Assembly (NCBI GenBank): GCA_044358835.1
Contig: JBIKNF010000004.1
Location: 20,047-84,046, forward strand
Direction of reading: 5' to 3'
Source of the DNA: Vampirovibrionales bacterium
GTDB lineage: Bacteria; Cyanobacteriota; Vampirovibrionia; Vampirovibrionales; JAJTHC01
Length of the DNA stretch: 64,000 bases
Within the stretch, counting starts at the first letter, position 1, and the number at the start of each line of letters is the position of its first letter. A program made the position numbers and the translations under genes. Below, in pieces: positions 47,350 to 57,027 of the stretch. The notes beneath the pieces were generated by a model that saw only the letters and a list, made by a program, of their open reading frames with translations, was not told where the DNA came from and ran no database searches.

Positions 47350-49914
47350 ATGGCTCTAGCACTGCTGACTGAAAAACCCAGTATTTGGCAATATCGGGGC
47401 GGTTCGCCTGATGTTGACCTGCCCGCTTTTTTGCTGGATGTTGCCCAGCAACAACAGGTGCTCGCGCGGCTTTTATACAACCGAAACCTTCATAGCCTTG
47501 AAGAGGCCTTGGCCTTTCTTAAACCAGCGGATCCTCAAGATCTGCGTCCTGTGGAAGAACTCCCCGATGCTGAACAAGCCTTGCTTCGCATAGAACAGGC
47601 GTTGGATTCAGGCGAACATATTCTAATCTACGGCGATTTTGATGTCGATGGCATTACAGGCACCTCGATTTTCTATGAAACCTTGCATCATCGACTGAAA
47701 GCCAATGTCAGTTTCTACATCCCCGATCGCGCCAATGAAGGCCACGGCCTTCATGCGTCGGCCTTATTACGACTCACCTCCACCCGCCAAGTCAAGCTGG
47801 TCATCACCACGGATACAGGCATTTCTAATTTCAACGAAATTTCGTTGCTCAATGGCTTAAAGGTAGACACCATCGTCACCGATCACCATGAACTGCCTGA
47901 ACACCTGCCTTTGGCGGTGGCCAATGTCAACCCCCAACGCTTTGCGGATGCTGAAACCCATCGCTTGGGGCATTTGTCTGGAGCGGGAGTCGCCTATAAA
48001 TTGTGTTCGGCCTTACTAAAACGACGCTTGCCCGTTCAAGACGCTCAAGACGCGAGCGACGCGTTACTTGATTTGTGCGCCATTGGCCTTGTGGCGGACA
48101 TGGTGCCCCTTGTGGGTGAAAATCGCCTGTTGGTGCGATTGGGCTTAGAACAGTTAAACAAGCGACGCCGTTTGGGCCTTGACGCGTTACTGAAAAATGC
48201 TGGTGTGGGTGAAAATGCGACTTTAAATGCCGAAAGCATCGGCTTTACGATTGGGCCGCGTTTGAATGCATTGGGGCGTTTACAAAATGCCACCGAAGGC
48301 GTGGAGTTTCTGACGACTACGGAACTTGTTCGTGCGACTGAACTGGCGTTGTTGTTAGAAGGCTTGAATCGTCAGCGCCAAGAATTGTGCGACAAAACCT
48401 ATATTGAAGCGGAACAGCACTTGCGTGCTTCAGGCGGGATTGAAGGACGCAAGGCGATTATTTTGGCGTCGCCCGATTGGAACCTTGGGGTAATTGGGAT
48501 CGTGGCCAGTCGCTTGATTGAAAAATATAAGTTACCCACCTTTATGATGGTGGTAGAAGAAGCCCAAAACAAGGTGCGTTGTTCGGCCCGCAGTATTTCG
48601 GGGTTTCATTTGACGGAACACTTAGAAAAATTAAGCCCTTATTTCTTGCACATGGGGGGGCATGCTGGTGCAGCAGGCTTTGCCTTACCCCTTGAAAAGC
48701 TTAAAAACTTTAAAGAAGCGTTGTGGGCGCTTGCCAATGAAACGTTAGACGACGACATGACCCGCCCAGTCATTGAAGTGGATGCCAAAATCGGGTTTGA
48801 CGCCTTGCATGTAGGCTTTGTGGATGCCCTTGAATCCCTTGCCCCTTATGGGATGCGGAACCCGAGCCCTATTTTTGTGCTGGAAAATGTAAAAGTGGCT
48901 TCTCAACGCAGTTTAGGCTCCACAGCCAATCACTTAAAGGTGATGTTTGAACCCGCTGAGCGTCAAGGATTCATTAAAGGGCAACTTCAAAGCGTTGAAG
49001 CCCTGTTGTGGAAGTGTGGCGTTAATTTTAAGCTCGATGCAAGCAAGCGTTACCATGTGGCCTGTACCATTGAAAAAAACACCTACGGCATGGGCACGCC
49101 TGTTCGCCTCACCATTAAGGATTTAAAAATCGCCGGCGAGGTGGAGGGCGCTCTGCGTCCTGCGGTGGTTCATGAAACCCAAGAACACGAGGTATTACCT
49201 GCTTCTGTGCCGTTGACTCCGCCCGTGATGCCCCCCCCCCCTTTAGCGCCTTCCTTAAAGCGGGTGTCGCCTCGTCTGCCTGTGGATCAAGACGCCCACT
49301 GGCTGGATCACCGCAAGCGCTCTAACCCCGCGGAGTTTATTGCTGAATTATTGATGACTGAAAAAAGTCACACCCTGATTTACAATGAAGGCAAAGCCCC
49401 CCCCATCCCTTTTGTGGAAGCGTCTCACTATATCAATCGACAAACGCTCCAGCCCTGTCATTCCCTGATTTTGTGGGATCTCCCCCCCTCTCAAGCCTTA
49501 CTAGACGCCTTAATCCACACCAGTCAAGCCAAAGAACTCCACTTGTTTGGGGCCAAATACCAAGACGTAGACTTGACCATGCCCTTAGCCACTTTCTTAA
49601 AGGCCATGAACCAAGGGTTGCAACTGCTGTTGAATAAGGCGTCTCAACTGCAAGGGCTGCCTTTAGAAACGCTGGCCAGTCGCTTTGCCACCACCGAAGA
49701 GATTTTGCTGGTGTCTTTGCTGGTGTTAAATCTTCAAACCCAGTGCTTTGAAACGTCGGTAGTTCAAGGAAACATTCATGTTAAACGCGTGCAGCAGGGC
49801 GCGGAGGTTGACTGGATGCAAATCAACGCCCATGAACCATCCGTCTTGCTTTTAGAGCGTTTGCGTCAGGAATCGGTGCAGTTTCGTCAATCGCTGTTGA
49901 CAAGAGTTGTGTAA
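47350..49914 (+). CDS. recJ: Single-stranded-DNA exonuclease RecJ with C-terminal extension
   Basis: YGDFDVDG, IPDRANEGHGL, TDHHE, ADMVPL.GENR, IGPRLNALGRL and GGHAGAAG. Confidence 0.95.
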   Translation: MALALLTEKPSIWQYRGGSPDVDLPAFLLDVAQQQQVLARLLYNRNLHSLEEALAFLKPADPQDLRPVEELPDAEQALLRIEQALDSGEHILIYGDFDVDGITGTSIFYETLHHRLKANVSFYIPDRANEGHGLHASALLRLTSTRQVKLVITTDTGISNFNEISLLNGLKVDTIVTDHHELPEHLPLAVANVNPQRFADAETHRLGHLSGAGVAYKLCSALLKRRLPVQDAQDASDALLDLCAIGLVADMVPLVGENRLLVRLGLEQLNKRRRLGLDALLKNAGVGENATLNAESIGFTIGPRLNALGRLQNATEGVEFLTTTELVRATELALLLEGLNRQRQELCDKTYIEAEQHLRASGGIEGRKAIILASPDWNLGVIGIVASRLIEKYKLPTFMMVVEEAQNKVRCSARSISGFHLTEHLEKLSPYFLHMGGHAGAAGFALPLEKLKNFKEALWALANETLDDDMTRPVIEVDAKIGFDALHVGFVDALESLAPYGMRNPSPIFVLENVKVASQRSLGSTANHLKVMFEPAERQGFIKGQLQSVEALLWKCGVNFKLDASKRYHVACTIEKNTYGMGTPVRLTIKDLKIAGEVEGALRPAVVHETQEHEVLPASVPLTPPVMPPPPLAPSLKRVSPRLPVDQDAHWLDHRKRSNPAEFIAELLMTEKSHTLIYNEGKAPPIPFVEASHYINRQTLQPCHSLILWDLPPSQALLDALIHTSQAKELHLFGAKYQDVDLTMPLATFLKAMNQGLQLLLNKASQLQGLPLETLASRFATTEEILLVSLLVLNLQTQCFETSVVQGNIHVKRVQQGAEVDWMQINAHEPSVLLLERLRQESVQFRQSLLTRVV

Positions 49915-49970
49915 AGATTTTCTGTAGCGTGTTCGATAGAGCGACGTAACATAAAAAAATACGTTTTATC

Positions 49971-50190
49971 ACCAAAAAATAGTGGGGTTTAGCCACTGGG
50001 CAAAGGGCTTAAAAATAGGGTATACTGAAAAAGAGTGGCTTTTTTGAAGAAGCCTTCACACCCTCAAAAAACTCCTTGAAAATCGAGCGAAAAACAGACT
50101 TTCGTGTGTCGAAAATCGAGTTTCGTGTGTCGAAAATTAGGGTTTCGTGTGTCAGAAATCGACTTTCGTGTGTCGAAAATTAGGCCATTT
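49971..50190. repeat. Family C dispersed element with a 4-unit array (21/22/21-bp spacing), copy 2
   Basis: Homologous to 32151-32390. TTCGTGTGTC at 50101, 50122, 50144 and 50165. Flanked by family B end-like sequences at 49929-49940 and 50199-50221. Confidence 0.9.
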
Positions 50191-50412
50191 CTTTATAAAT
50201 AGTATCCGATAGATAAAACGGCTTCATTAAGCGCCTGTAAGCACCCTAAAATGTTGGACGCCTCATGCCCCGCCGAAAGAGACAACCGAAACCGTGCCTG
50301 CCCCTGTGGCACGGTTGGCAAGCCTGCTTAGGGGCTAAAATCGTCCATTTGAAGCGATTTTGAAGTCCAATACCAGTCGCCAAAGCCCACGGTGCTGAGC
50401 GTTTTTATTCGG

Positions 50413-51765
50413 CTATACTTCAACCAAAACGGCCTTGGGTGGCGTGGTTTTACGATGTTGCCGTTGATATTTACGCAACCAACTCACCACAATACGCGCC
50501 ACTTTATGCGGATTGTGACGCAGTGTTTGATGGCCTGCCGTCATTTCCGCCACAATCGGACGCAACAACACTTCCGTTCCCCGAATCCGCAAACGCTCAG
50601 CATCTAACTGCACCGGCGGAGAATCATAGCGTTCATAACGCGCCACCAAATGTTCAGGCAACGCGGAAGACGCTACAACCATGTCAAACTCAAAGAGGTG
50701 ATCCGCATGGGCTTCAATGGCTTCAACGTGCTGGCTTAGGCTCATGTCGTCCGTTTCACCGGGTTGGGTCACGATGTTGGCCACATAGATTTTAGGGGCC
50801 TGCGTATTGGCTTGCATGGCTTCGCGAATTTCTTTCAGCAGTAGGTTGGGAATCACACTCGTAAATAAGCTTCCCGGCCCTAGAATCAGAACATCGGCCT
50901 GTAAAATGGCTTCAATCGCTTCACGGGTGGCTTTGGCATGGTAAGGTTCACACAAAAGTCGTTTGATTTTGCCGTGGGCTTCAGGGATTTGAGATTCCCC
51001 GCGAATGAAGGAACCGTCTTGCATTTCGGCCACAAGGGTAATGGGTTCAAGGGTGGAAGGCAAGACTCTGCCGCGAATGTTTAACACATTAGAAGAGGTG
51101 CGAATGGCTGAAAGCATGTCGCCTGTCACGGCGGACATGGCCGTTAAAAACAGGTTGCCAAAACTATGACCGCCTAAGCCTCCCCCGCTTTTAAAGCGGT
51201 ATTGAAACAAAGAGGTCATCAATTCTTCTTCACTGGCAAGGGCCGCAATACAGTTGCGAATATCTCCGGGGGGAATGATGCCGTGGTCTTCTCGCAAAAT
51301 GCCACTACTGCCTCCGTCATCGCCGACGGTGACTATGGCTGTGATGTTATTGGTATAGTGCTTGAGCCCTCGTAATAAGGTGGAAAGTCCTGTTCCTCCG
51401 CCAATTGCAACGATTTTAGGGCCTCTGGAAAGTTTGTGATTTTTATAGAGGTCATCCATAAACCTACTTACCCAGCCGTTTTCACCCATCACCGTGTTCA
51501 TGGTTTTGCGTGTTCGCAAATAACCAAACACAATAAAGCCCACGCCCAACGCCAATAAACAAGACCCTGTTACATGAGACGGCGCCAACGTAGCCAGCGA
51601 CTTAATTAAATTAAGCAGAAAGGTAACGGGTTGAAGGTTAAACAAAATGGCAATGCCCAACACCACGGCAGAAAAGCCCACCGCAAACATCAACAACCAG
51701 CGCTTGATTTCATAGCCTGGTAGCATCCACGTCAAAGTTTTTAGAAAAGAACGAGATTTGGCCAC
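50413..51765 (-). CDS. yvcK: YvcK/CofD-like (gluconeogenesis factor) protein with N-terminal membrane helices
   Basis: IGGGTGLSTLLRGLK, VTVGDDGGSSG.LR, PPGDIRNC, GHSFGNL and GPGSLFTSVIPNL. Confidence 0.92.
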   Translation of the reverse strand: MAKSRSFLKTLTWMLPGYEIKRWLLMFAVGFSAVVLGIAILFNLQPVTFLLNLIKSLATLAPSHVTGSCLLALGVGFIVFGYLRTRKTMNTVMGENGWVSRFMDDLYKNHKLSRGPKIVAIGGGTGLSTLLRGLKHYTNNITAIVTVGDDGGSSGILREDHGIIPPGDIRNCIAALASEEELMTSLFQYRFKSGGGLGGHSFGNLFLTAMSAVTGDMLSAIRTSSNVLNIRGRVLPSTLEPITLVAEMQDGSFIRGESQIPEAHGKIKRLLCEPYHAKATREAIEAILQADVLILGPGSLFTSVIPNLLLKEIREAMQANTQAPKIYVANIVTQPGETDDMSLSQHVEAIEAHADHLFEFDMVVASSALPEHLVARYERYDSPPVQLDAERLRIRGTEVLLRPIVAEMTAGHQTLRHNPHKVARIVVSWLRKYQRQHRKTTPPKAVLVEV

Positions 51766-51891
51766 AATCGTTTACCTTCTATTATGTATGGGGGCAGTGT
51801 ACTTGCATGTTAAGGATACTACAATTTCATTAAACCAAAAGAAATAAAAAACGTGTTAGGGCAAGGGTTATTTGTAGAGCGACGTATTGGG

Positions 51892-52800
51892 CTAATACTC
51901 TTCATAAGGGCAATGGGGCACCACATCTTGACGGTTGTCATATTCAAGCAACCAGCCACTTTCCCCAGCACTCGCTACATTTAAGGGAATGGCTTGCCCC
52001 AGTTCACTGGCGAGAGATTCCGCTAACTGAGACGCATTAGGCATCGTCGGGCTAATATGAAGCGTTTTAAATCGGCACACCATGGGCGTACCGTTCTGCG
52101 CCACCAGTTCATTGGATTCTAGCAACAAACGCCCTTGTTCTAAAGACGCCGAAGGACTGAGCCATTCATGGTGTTGTTTAGGGGCTTCTAAGCCACTGCT
52201 TAAGTAACGCTTGCCTAAAATAATTTCGGGCGCCACAATCACATTATGCGATTTTTCAAGCGTGTCCAAATAATCGCCATAAGAACCAATTAAAGGCAAC
52301 CACACATCAAACTTGGCTACGGCGCTGGCGACTGCCGCCGCCACTTCAGGATCTTTAACCATGGCGAGGTACAAGGCCCCATGCGGGCGAATATGTTCGA
52401 TTTTTAGCGCTTGCGGTTTTAAGATCGCAGACAACGCCCCCAGCTGAACTAAAATCCATTGCTCAAGCTGTTCAGCACTTAAGGGCAAGCGCTCATAGCC
52501 CATGGAAACTGGATCTGGATACGCAATATGGGCGCCTAAGGCACAACCAAAGGCTTTGGCTTTAACGGCGTGTTCAAGGACTTTGTCCGGCAAGCCGTCA
52601 TGCACAAAGCAAGGTAAATTGACGCTAGACACGCAAGACAACAAGGCTTCGGCGTCGTCGGTTTCCCAAAACGCGAGATCTCGGGTTTGGCCCATGTCGG
52701 TATTGAGATCGACAAAGCGTTTGATTTGCGTATTTTTTTTAAGGAGCTTGCCTCGTTTTTCAAGTTCCGCTTGGGAAACACTAAAACTTTTGGTGACCAT
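51892..52800 (-). CDS. Divergent LamB/YcsF (PxpA-like) family protein
   Basis: DLNTDMGQ, GAHIAYPD and HIRPHGALY resemble the LamB/YcsF motifs. Confidence 0.75.
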   Translation of the reverse strand: MVTKSFSVSQAELEKRGKLLKKNTQIKRFVDLNTDMGQTRDLAFWETDDAEALLSCVSSVNLPCFVHDGLPDKVLEHAVKAKAFGCALGAHIAYPDPVSMGYERLPLSAEQLEQWILVQLGALSAILKPQALKIEHIRPHGALYLAMVKDPEVAAAVASAVAKFDVWLPLIGSYGDYLDTLEKSHNVIVAPEIILGKRYLSSGLEAPKQHHEWLSPSASLEQGRLLLESNELVAQNGTPMVCRFKTLHISPTMPNASQLAESLASELGQAIPLNVASAGESGWLLEYDNRQDVVPHCPYEEY

Positions 52801-52980
52801 GACCCTCTATTCCTTTTCAAATGTATGGATGTGTCGCTTATTCACTATATCACAAATCCCCCCAAACTGGAACATACCCCCTTTTTATGGTTTAATTGAA
52901 CTGAAGCTGACTGGATGAATTCATCAGGGATTCATAAGCCCCCCCTTCCAACAACCCTTCAAACCAAAGGAACACCCCCC

Positions 52981-54093
52981 ATGATTAGTGCAGATGCCCT
53001 TGAAAAGCTGGCCCCGCCTTTGTTAGATGAAGCCAACAACCCGTGGCTTTTGGCGTTGACGCAAATGGGGCAAGGCGTCATGCTTTGTGATGAAGCGTTG
53101 GACATTTTATGGTTAAACGACACGCTAAGGCAAAAAATGGGCTTGGGGCAAGCGTCTGTGGTGGGGGAATCCCTGACGTGTTTTCAAAAAACGTCTTTAC
53201 AAGGGGCGTCACAATTAATAGAAGCCGGCACACAAGCCCTTGAAACAGGAGAGATTCAAACCTTAAGCCTTTCGTTTAAGCCTGTTTCACAATTGCGTTC
53301 TTATTTTGAAATTAAGGTGGTGAAATGTAATACGACCGCTGAAGGCACGCCCAATGTGCTGGCTTTTGTGTTTGAAGACAAAACCAAAGTGGTTTTAAAT
53401 GAAAAAATGCGTAAAGATTTTGTGGCCAATGTTAGCCATGAACTGCGTACGCCGCTTTCAGTGGTGAAAGGGTATGCTGAAACCTTACTTTCAGGCGCGA
53501 TACAAGACACGGAGCTGGCCATAGATTTTATCAAAATTATGGAACAACATGCCAATCGGCTGAGCAATATGGTAGAAGAATTGCTGGATTTGTCTCGTTT
53601 TGAAGCGGACAACTTCACCCTGCCGATGGAAGCCGTGGTGTTGGATCATGCCATTGAACGTGTGCTGGCCTTAAGTCAATCCAGAGCCTCCAGCAAAGGC
53701 ATCCAACTGCATGTCGATCCTTCCATGAAGCATTTACCGAAGGTGCTGGCCCACATTTCAAGTATGGAACAAGTCTTTGCCAATTTAATTGAAAATGCGC
53801 TGAAGTATAGTCCCAATCAAAGTAATGTCACCCTTTCCGTTGCGGATCAAGGAGAGTGGGTGGTGTTTTGCGTGGAAGATGAAGGCATCGGGATTGAAGC
53901 GAAGTTTATTCCACGCTTGTTTGAACGGTTTTATCGGGTGGATAAAACCCGTTCCAAGCATCTTTCTGGCACAGGGTTAGGGCTTTCTATTGTTAAGCAT
54001 ATTATGCAAGCCCATGAAGGCGATATTTGGGTAGAAAGTCAAGCGGGACAAGGCAGTCGTTTTTACTTCAAGCTTAAGCGCATTCAAGCGTAA
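52981..54093 (+). CDS. Cytoplasmic PhoR/WalK-like PAS histidine kinase
   Basis: RKDFVANVSHELRTPL, NLIENALKY, DEGIGI, LFERFYRVDKTRS and GTGLGLSIVKH. Confidence 0.92.
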   Translation: MISADALEKLAPPLLDEANNPWLLALTQMGQGVMLCDEALDILWLNDTLRQKMGLGQASVVGESLTCFQKTSLQGASQLIEAGTQALETGEIQTLSLSFKPVSQLRSYFEIKVVKCNTTAEGTPNVLAFVFEDKTKVVLNEKMRKDFVANVSHELRTPLSVVKGYAETLLSGAIQDTELAIDFIKIMEQHANRLSNMVEELLDLSRFEADNFTLPMEAVVLDHAIERVLALSQSRASSKGIQLHVDPSMKHLPKVLAHISSMEQVFANLIENALKYSPNQSNVTLSVADQGEWVVFCVEDEGIGIEAKFIPRLFERFYRVDKTRSKHLSGTGLGLSIVKHIMQAHEGDIWVESQAGQGSRFYFKLKRIQA

Positions 54094-54114
54094 TGATGGC
54101 TGTAGGCTTGGTAT

Positions 54115-55065
54115 TTATTTGAATTGTTTGCTTAACACCACAAAGCCTTCTAAAAACGTCATGACTTCATCCTTCTTACCAGGAGGGGCGGTGGGCTGAA
54201 ACAGAGCAGTGCCTACTGGCCGAGGCCTAAATTGCTTTTGCGGATCAATCGCCTTAAACGCCTTTTTTTCCTCATTGAACGGACGAAAATCCAACATATA
54301 GCCAGGCGAACGCGAATAAAACGCTTGGGGCGTGTCTAAAGGATCCATAAACTCAAGGAAGTAATGCCCCACTGCCTCAGACGATTCCCACACACCTGTT
54401 ACCAGTACATAATGCCCGCCTTTTCGTAAAAAGCGCTTTTCTTCGGCGTCTTCCACATACCACCCCAAGTGAGCCATCACCACTCCCCCCGCTTCTAGGG
54501 CGTGCAACAGCTCAGGATTAAAGCGGGCCCACTGGGCGGGGTTTTGACGATAATGAGCGGGTACCGTGTGAATGCCTTGGTACCAGACGTCGTTCCATTC
54601 AGGGGCAAGGGCGTCTTGGGTGTTGAAATAGGTGAAAGCGTCTAAAACTTGACGCACCGTGGTGCCTTGCGTTGGACTTGTTTGAAGGGGTTGGGCAAAG
54701 CGTTCCACATAGGAAGCGCTGTGCGTGAGCGCCTCAGAAGTCACGGCTTGAGAAGTTAAAAAAGGGGAAAACGCCATGGCTAAAACGGTTGGCGCACAAT
54801 AGACGGCCGGGTAAGCGGTGTCATGCTGACTAAAAAATTGATACGCCTGCGGTGAACGCGCCAAGGCATGAAACGAGGGGTTTATTCCTGCTAAAGTGGA
54901 TGAAGCGACCTTGGTGTTAGGAAGTTCAGGCTTAGTCATGGTGGATTCAGCCCCTTGTAAAATCAATGGAGTTAAAAAAATGCTGTTTATGAAAAGAAAG
55001 GAAATCGCCAAAAAAAAGAGAAGCCTTAACTTCTTATGGGGCAATCGGGGCTTCAAGGGAAACAT
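54115..55065 (-). CDS. Exported/anchored papain-fold (C39-like) peptidase candidate
   Basis: N-terminal membrane helix; YCAPT (Cys), GGHYVLVTG (His) and FMDP (Asp). Confidence 0.6.
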   Translation of the reverse strand: MFPLKPRLPHKKLRLLFFLAISFLFINSIFLTPLILQGAESTMTKPELPNTKVASSTLAGINPSFHALARSPQAYQFFSQHDTAYPAVYCAPTVLAMAFSPFLTSQAVTSEALTHSASYVERFAQPLQTSPTQGTTVRQVLDAFTYFNTQDALAPEWNDVWYQGIHTVPAHYRQNPAQWARFNPELLHALEAGGVVMAHLGWYVEDAEEKRFLRKGGHYVLVTGVWESSEAVGHYFLEFMDPLDTPQAFYSRSPGYMLDFRPFNEEKKAFKAIDPQKQFRPRPVGTALFQPTAPPGKKDEVMTFLEGFVVLSKQFK

Positions 55066-55165
55066 GCGCGCATCCTTTCTCATTTTACCAGTATAGCATA
55101 AAATAAGGCGTTTCCTTTCTTGAAAAAAAGGGGTATACTCACAACAGTCTTTAGGAGGATTCACC

Positions 55166-55966
55166 ATGCTTGCATTGAAGGAGCAAACCGTTCACGTTGA
55201 AGAAAGCCCTTTGAATCGACGTGATTTTTTAAAACTGGCGGGCACAGGACTTTCTAGCCTGTTGTTGGCTTCAAGCGGGCTGACGGCACTGGCGCAAGTG
55301 GCAGAAGCACGCCCTGTTGTTCGCGCCAAAACAACCCCCGCAAAAACGCCTTTACCTCCAATAGAAGGCTTAGGCGTGGCCAAGCGATTCCCTTTGATTG
55401 AAAATGGTATTGAAGGCTTGAGTGCCAAACAAATGCAAGCTCACCTAAAGCTTTATGAAGGCTATGTGAAAAAATATCAGTCCATTACCCAAGAACTCAA
55501 GGCCTTTACCCCTGAACAACTCACGAACGTGAATGCGACGTATCATCCGTTTCGAGAATTGTTGGTGGAAGAAAGTTTTGCCCTAAATGGGGTTTTATTG
55601 CATGAAGCCTATTTTGGGATTCTAACCCCTGAGCCTAAAGCAATGAGTGCGTCTTTAAACGCTTTGCTGGTGAAACAGTTTGGTTCTATAGACGCCTTTC
55701 AAGCTCAATTAACAGCATCAGCCAAAGCCATGCGAGGCTGGGCGATTTTAGGCTATTGCCCAAGGTACCAGCACTTTAACTTTTACGGGTTAGACAATCA
55801 CCACACCTATGCGCCAATGGGGGTTCACCCCGTTTTGGTGGTGGATGTTTATGAGCATGCGTACTTGATTGATTACGGCACGGATCGTTCGGCGTACCTC
55901 AATGCCCTGTGGAAGCAGATTGATTGGACGCTCGTAGAAACGCGTGTGGCTTTGGGGGTTGGCTAG
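55166..55966 (+). CDS. Fe/Mn superoxide dismutase family protein with Tat signal
   Basis: NRRDFLK twin-arginine motif; metal ligands in HLKLYEGY, LHEAYF and DVYEHAY. Confidence 0.88.
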   Translation: MLALKEQTVHVEESPLNRRDFLKLAGTGLSSLLLASSGLTALAQVAEARPVVRAKTTPAKTPLPPIEGLGVAKRFPLIENGIEGLSAKQMQAHLKLYEGYVKKYQSITQELKAFTPEQLTNVNATYHPFRELLVEESFALNGVLLHEAYFGILTPEPKAMSASLNALLVKQFGSIDAFQAQLTASAKAMRGWAILGYCPRYQHFNFYGLDNHHTYAPMGVHPVLVVDVYEHAYLIDYGTDRSAYLNALWKQIDWTLVETRVALGVG

Positions 55967-56677
55967 CGTATGGTGATGTTGGCCATCAACACGTGTTCAA
56001 GGGTGTCGGCGCCATGGGGCTTGCGCGCAAACACGGCCATGTAACCTACTTCTGCATTGACGCGCTGGTTAATGTGGCGTCCTACGCCGACATAGGCACG
56101 ATCCTGATTATAGCCAATGGGGTTTTTCTTGCCCGCTGCGTTGGCATTGACGAGGATCTCATTCTGAATGGCCCAGTACATTTTATGTTTGTCTGAAAAA
56201 TCATGTGTATAACGCGTAAACCCCCTGAGCCACACCAAGGTGTTGGGTAACCCTTTAATCATCCGTTCTTCCACGCGCCCCCGTAAAACCAACTCGCCCC
56301 CCTTGGGGTGTTCCACATGCAAGAGTTGTTGCCATAAACGGTTTTCATTCTTAAAGTGGGGGTTATACGTCGGCGTCCACGCGTAGCCAGACCACACACT
56401 GGTTTTAGGCGTCAGTTGGTAGCCTGCCCCCTGCCCAAACTAGGGTACGGTCTAAAGGGGTCGTCGGTTCATGGGTTTGTAAACGTGCTTGGCCTTCTAG
56501 GTAAAGCTTGAGCTTAGGCGTGGCTTTTACGGGCGTCAGCGTCACTGCAACGGTGTTCCAGCTTCCTTCTGTAACATGTTCAGCCAAAGCGGGGGTGGAC
56601 GCTGAAAGGGGCCACAACGCAGCCACAAGCACCATCACACGGGCGACTTTTTTAGTCCACTTAGAGGGTTTCCACAT
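55963..56677 (-). pseudogene. DUF2490-like outer-membrane beta-barrel, split by a +1 frameshift
   Basis: Two track ORFs (56405-56710 and 55963-56397) join into one frame if one C of the C5 run at 56427-56431 is removed (DRTLVWAG-AGYQLTPKTSVWSGYAW). It has a signal peptide and alternating barrel strands. Confidence 0.7.
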
Positions 56678-56948
56678 CAGTGAGCACCACAAAGACTTTC
56701 GTTCGTTCAAAACGACTTTTAAGATCTAAGGCCAGCGCCTTCGCATTTTCAGCGGGAACCACTAAAAACGTGTATAAGGACGTAGGACTTAAGTATTCAC
56801 TACGGTACAACCCATGATTTGGCCCCAAGCTTTGCGCCACGGCAAGGCTGGTATACCCGCCCAACTTTTTTTCGGCACAAAATTCGGTAATCAGGTCAAG
56901 ATCCACTTCGTCATGCACAAAGGCAATTTTTTTGTGAGTACTCATCAT
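56661..56948 (-). CDS. sbtB: PII-like protein (SbtB-like)
   Basis: 95 aa with a PII-like pattern (LGGYTSL..SLGPNHG); directly downstream of an SbtA-family permease. Confidence 0.65.
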   Translation of the reverse strand: MMSTHKKIAFVHDEVDLDLITEFCAEKKLGGYTSLAVAQSLGPNHGLYRSEYLSPTSLYTFLVVPAENAKALALDLKSRFERTKVFVVLTDVETL

Positions 56949-57027
56949 TGTTTCAGTTCCTTTTTCGTTTGGTTTAATTATTTTGAAAATTTAATTCGTG
57001 TAAAAAAATGCCGTATGCCTTGCTTTT

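Noticed and set aside
50306-50322. Sigma-54 promoter TGGCACG
   Set aside because: The -12 TTGC is not at the required spacing, and the sequence is one arm of a hairpin.
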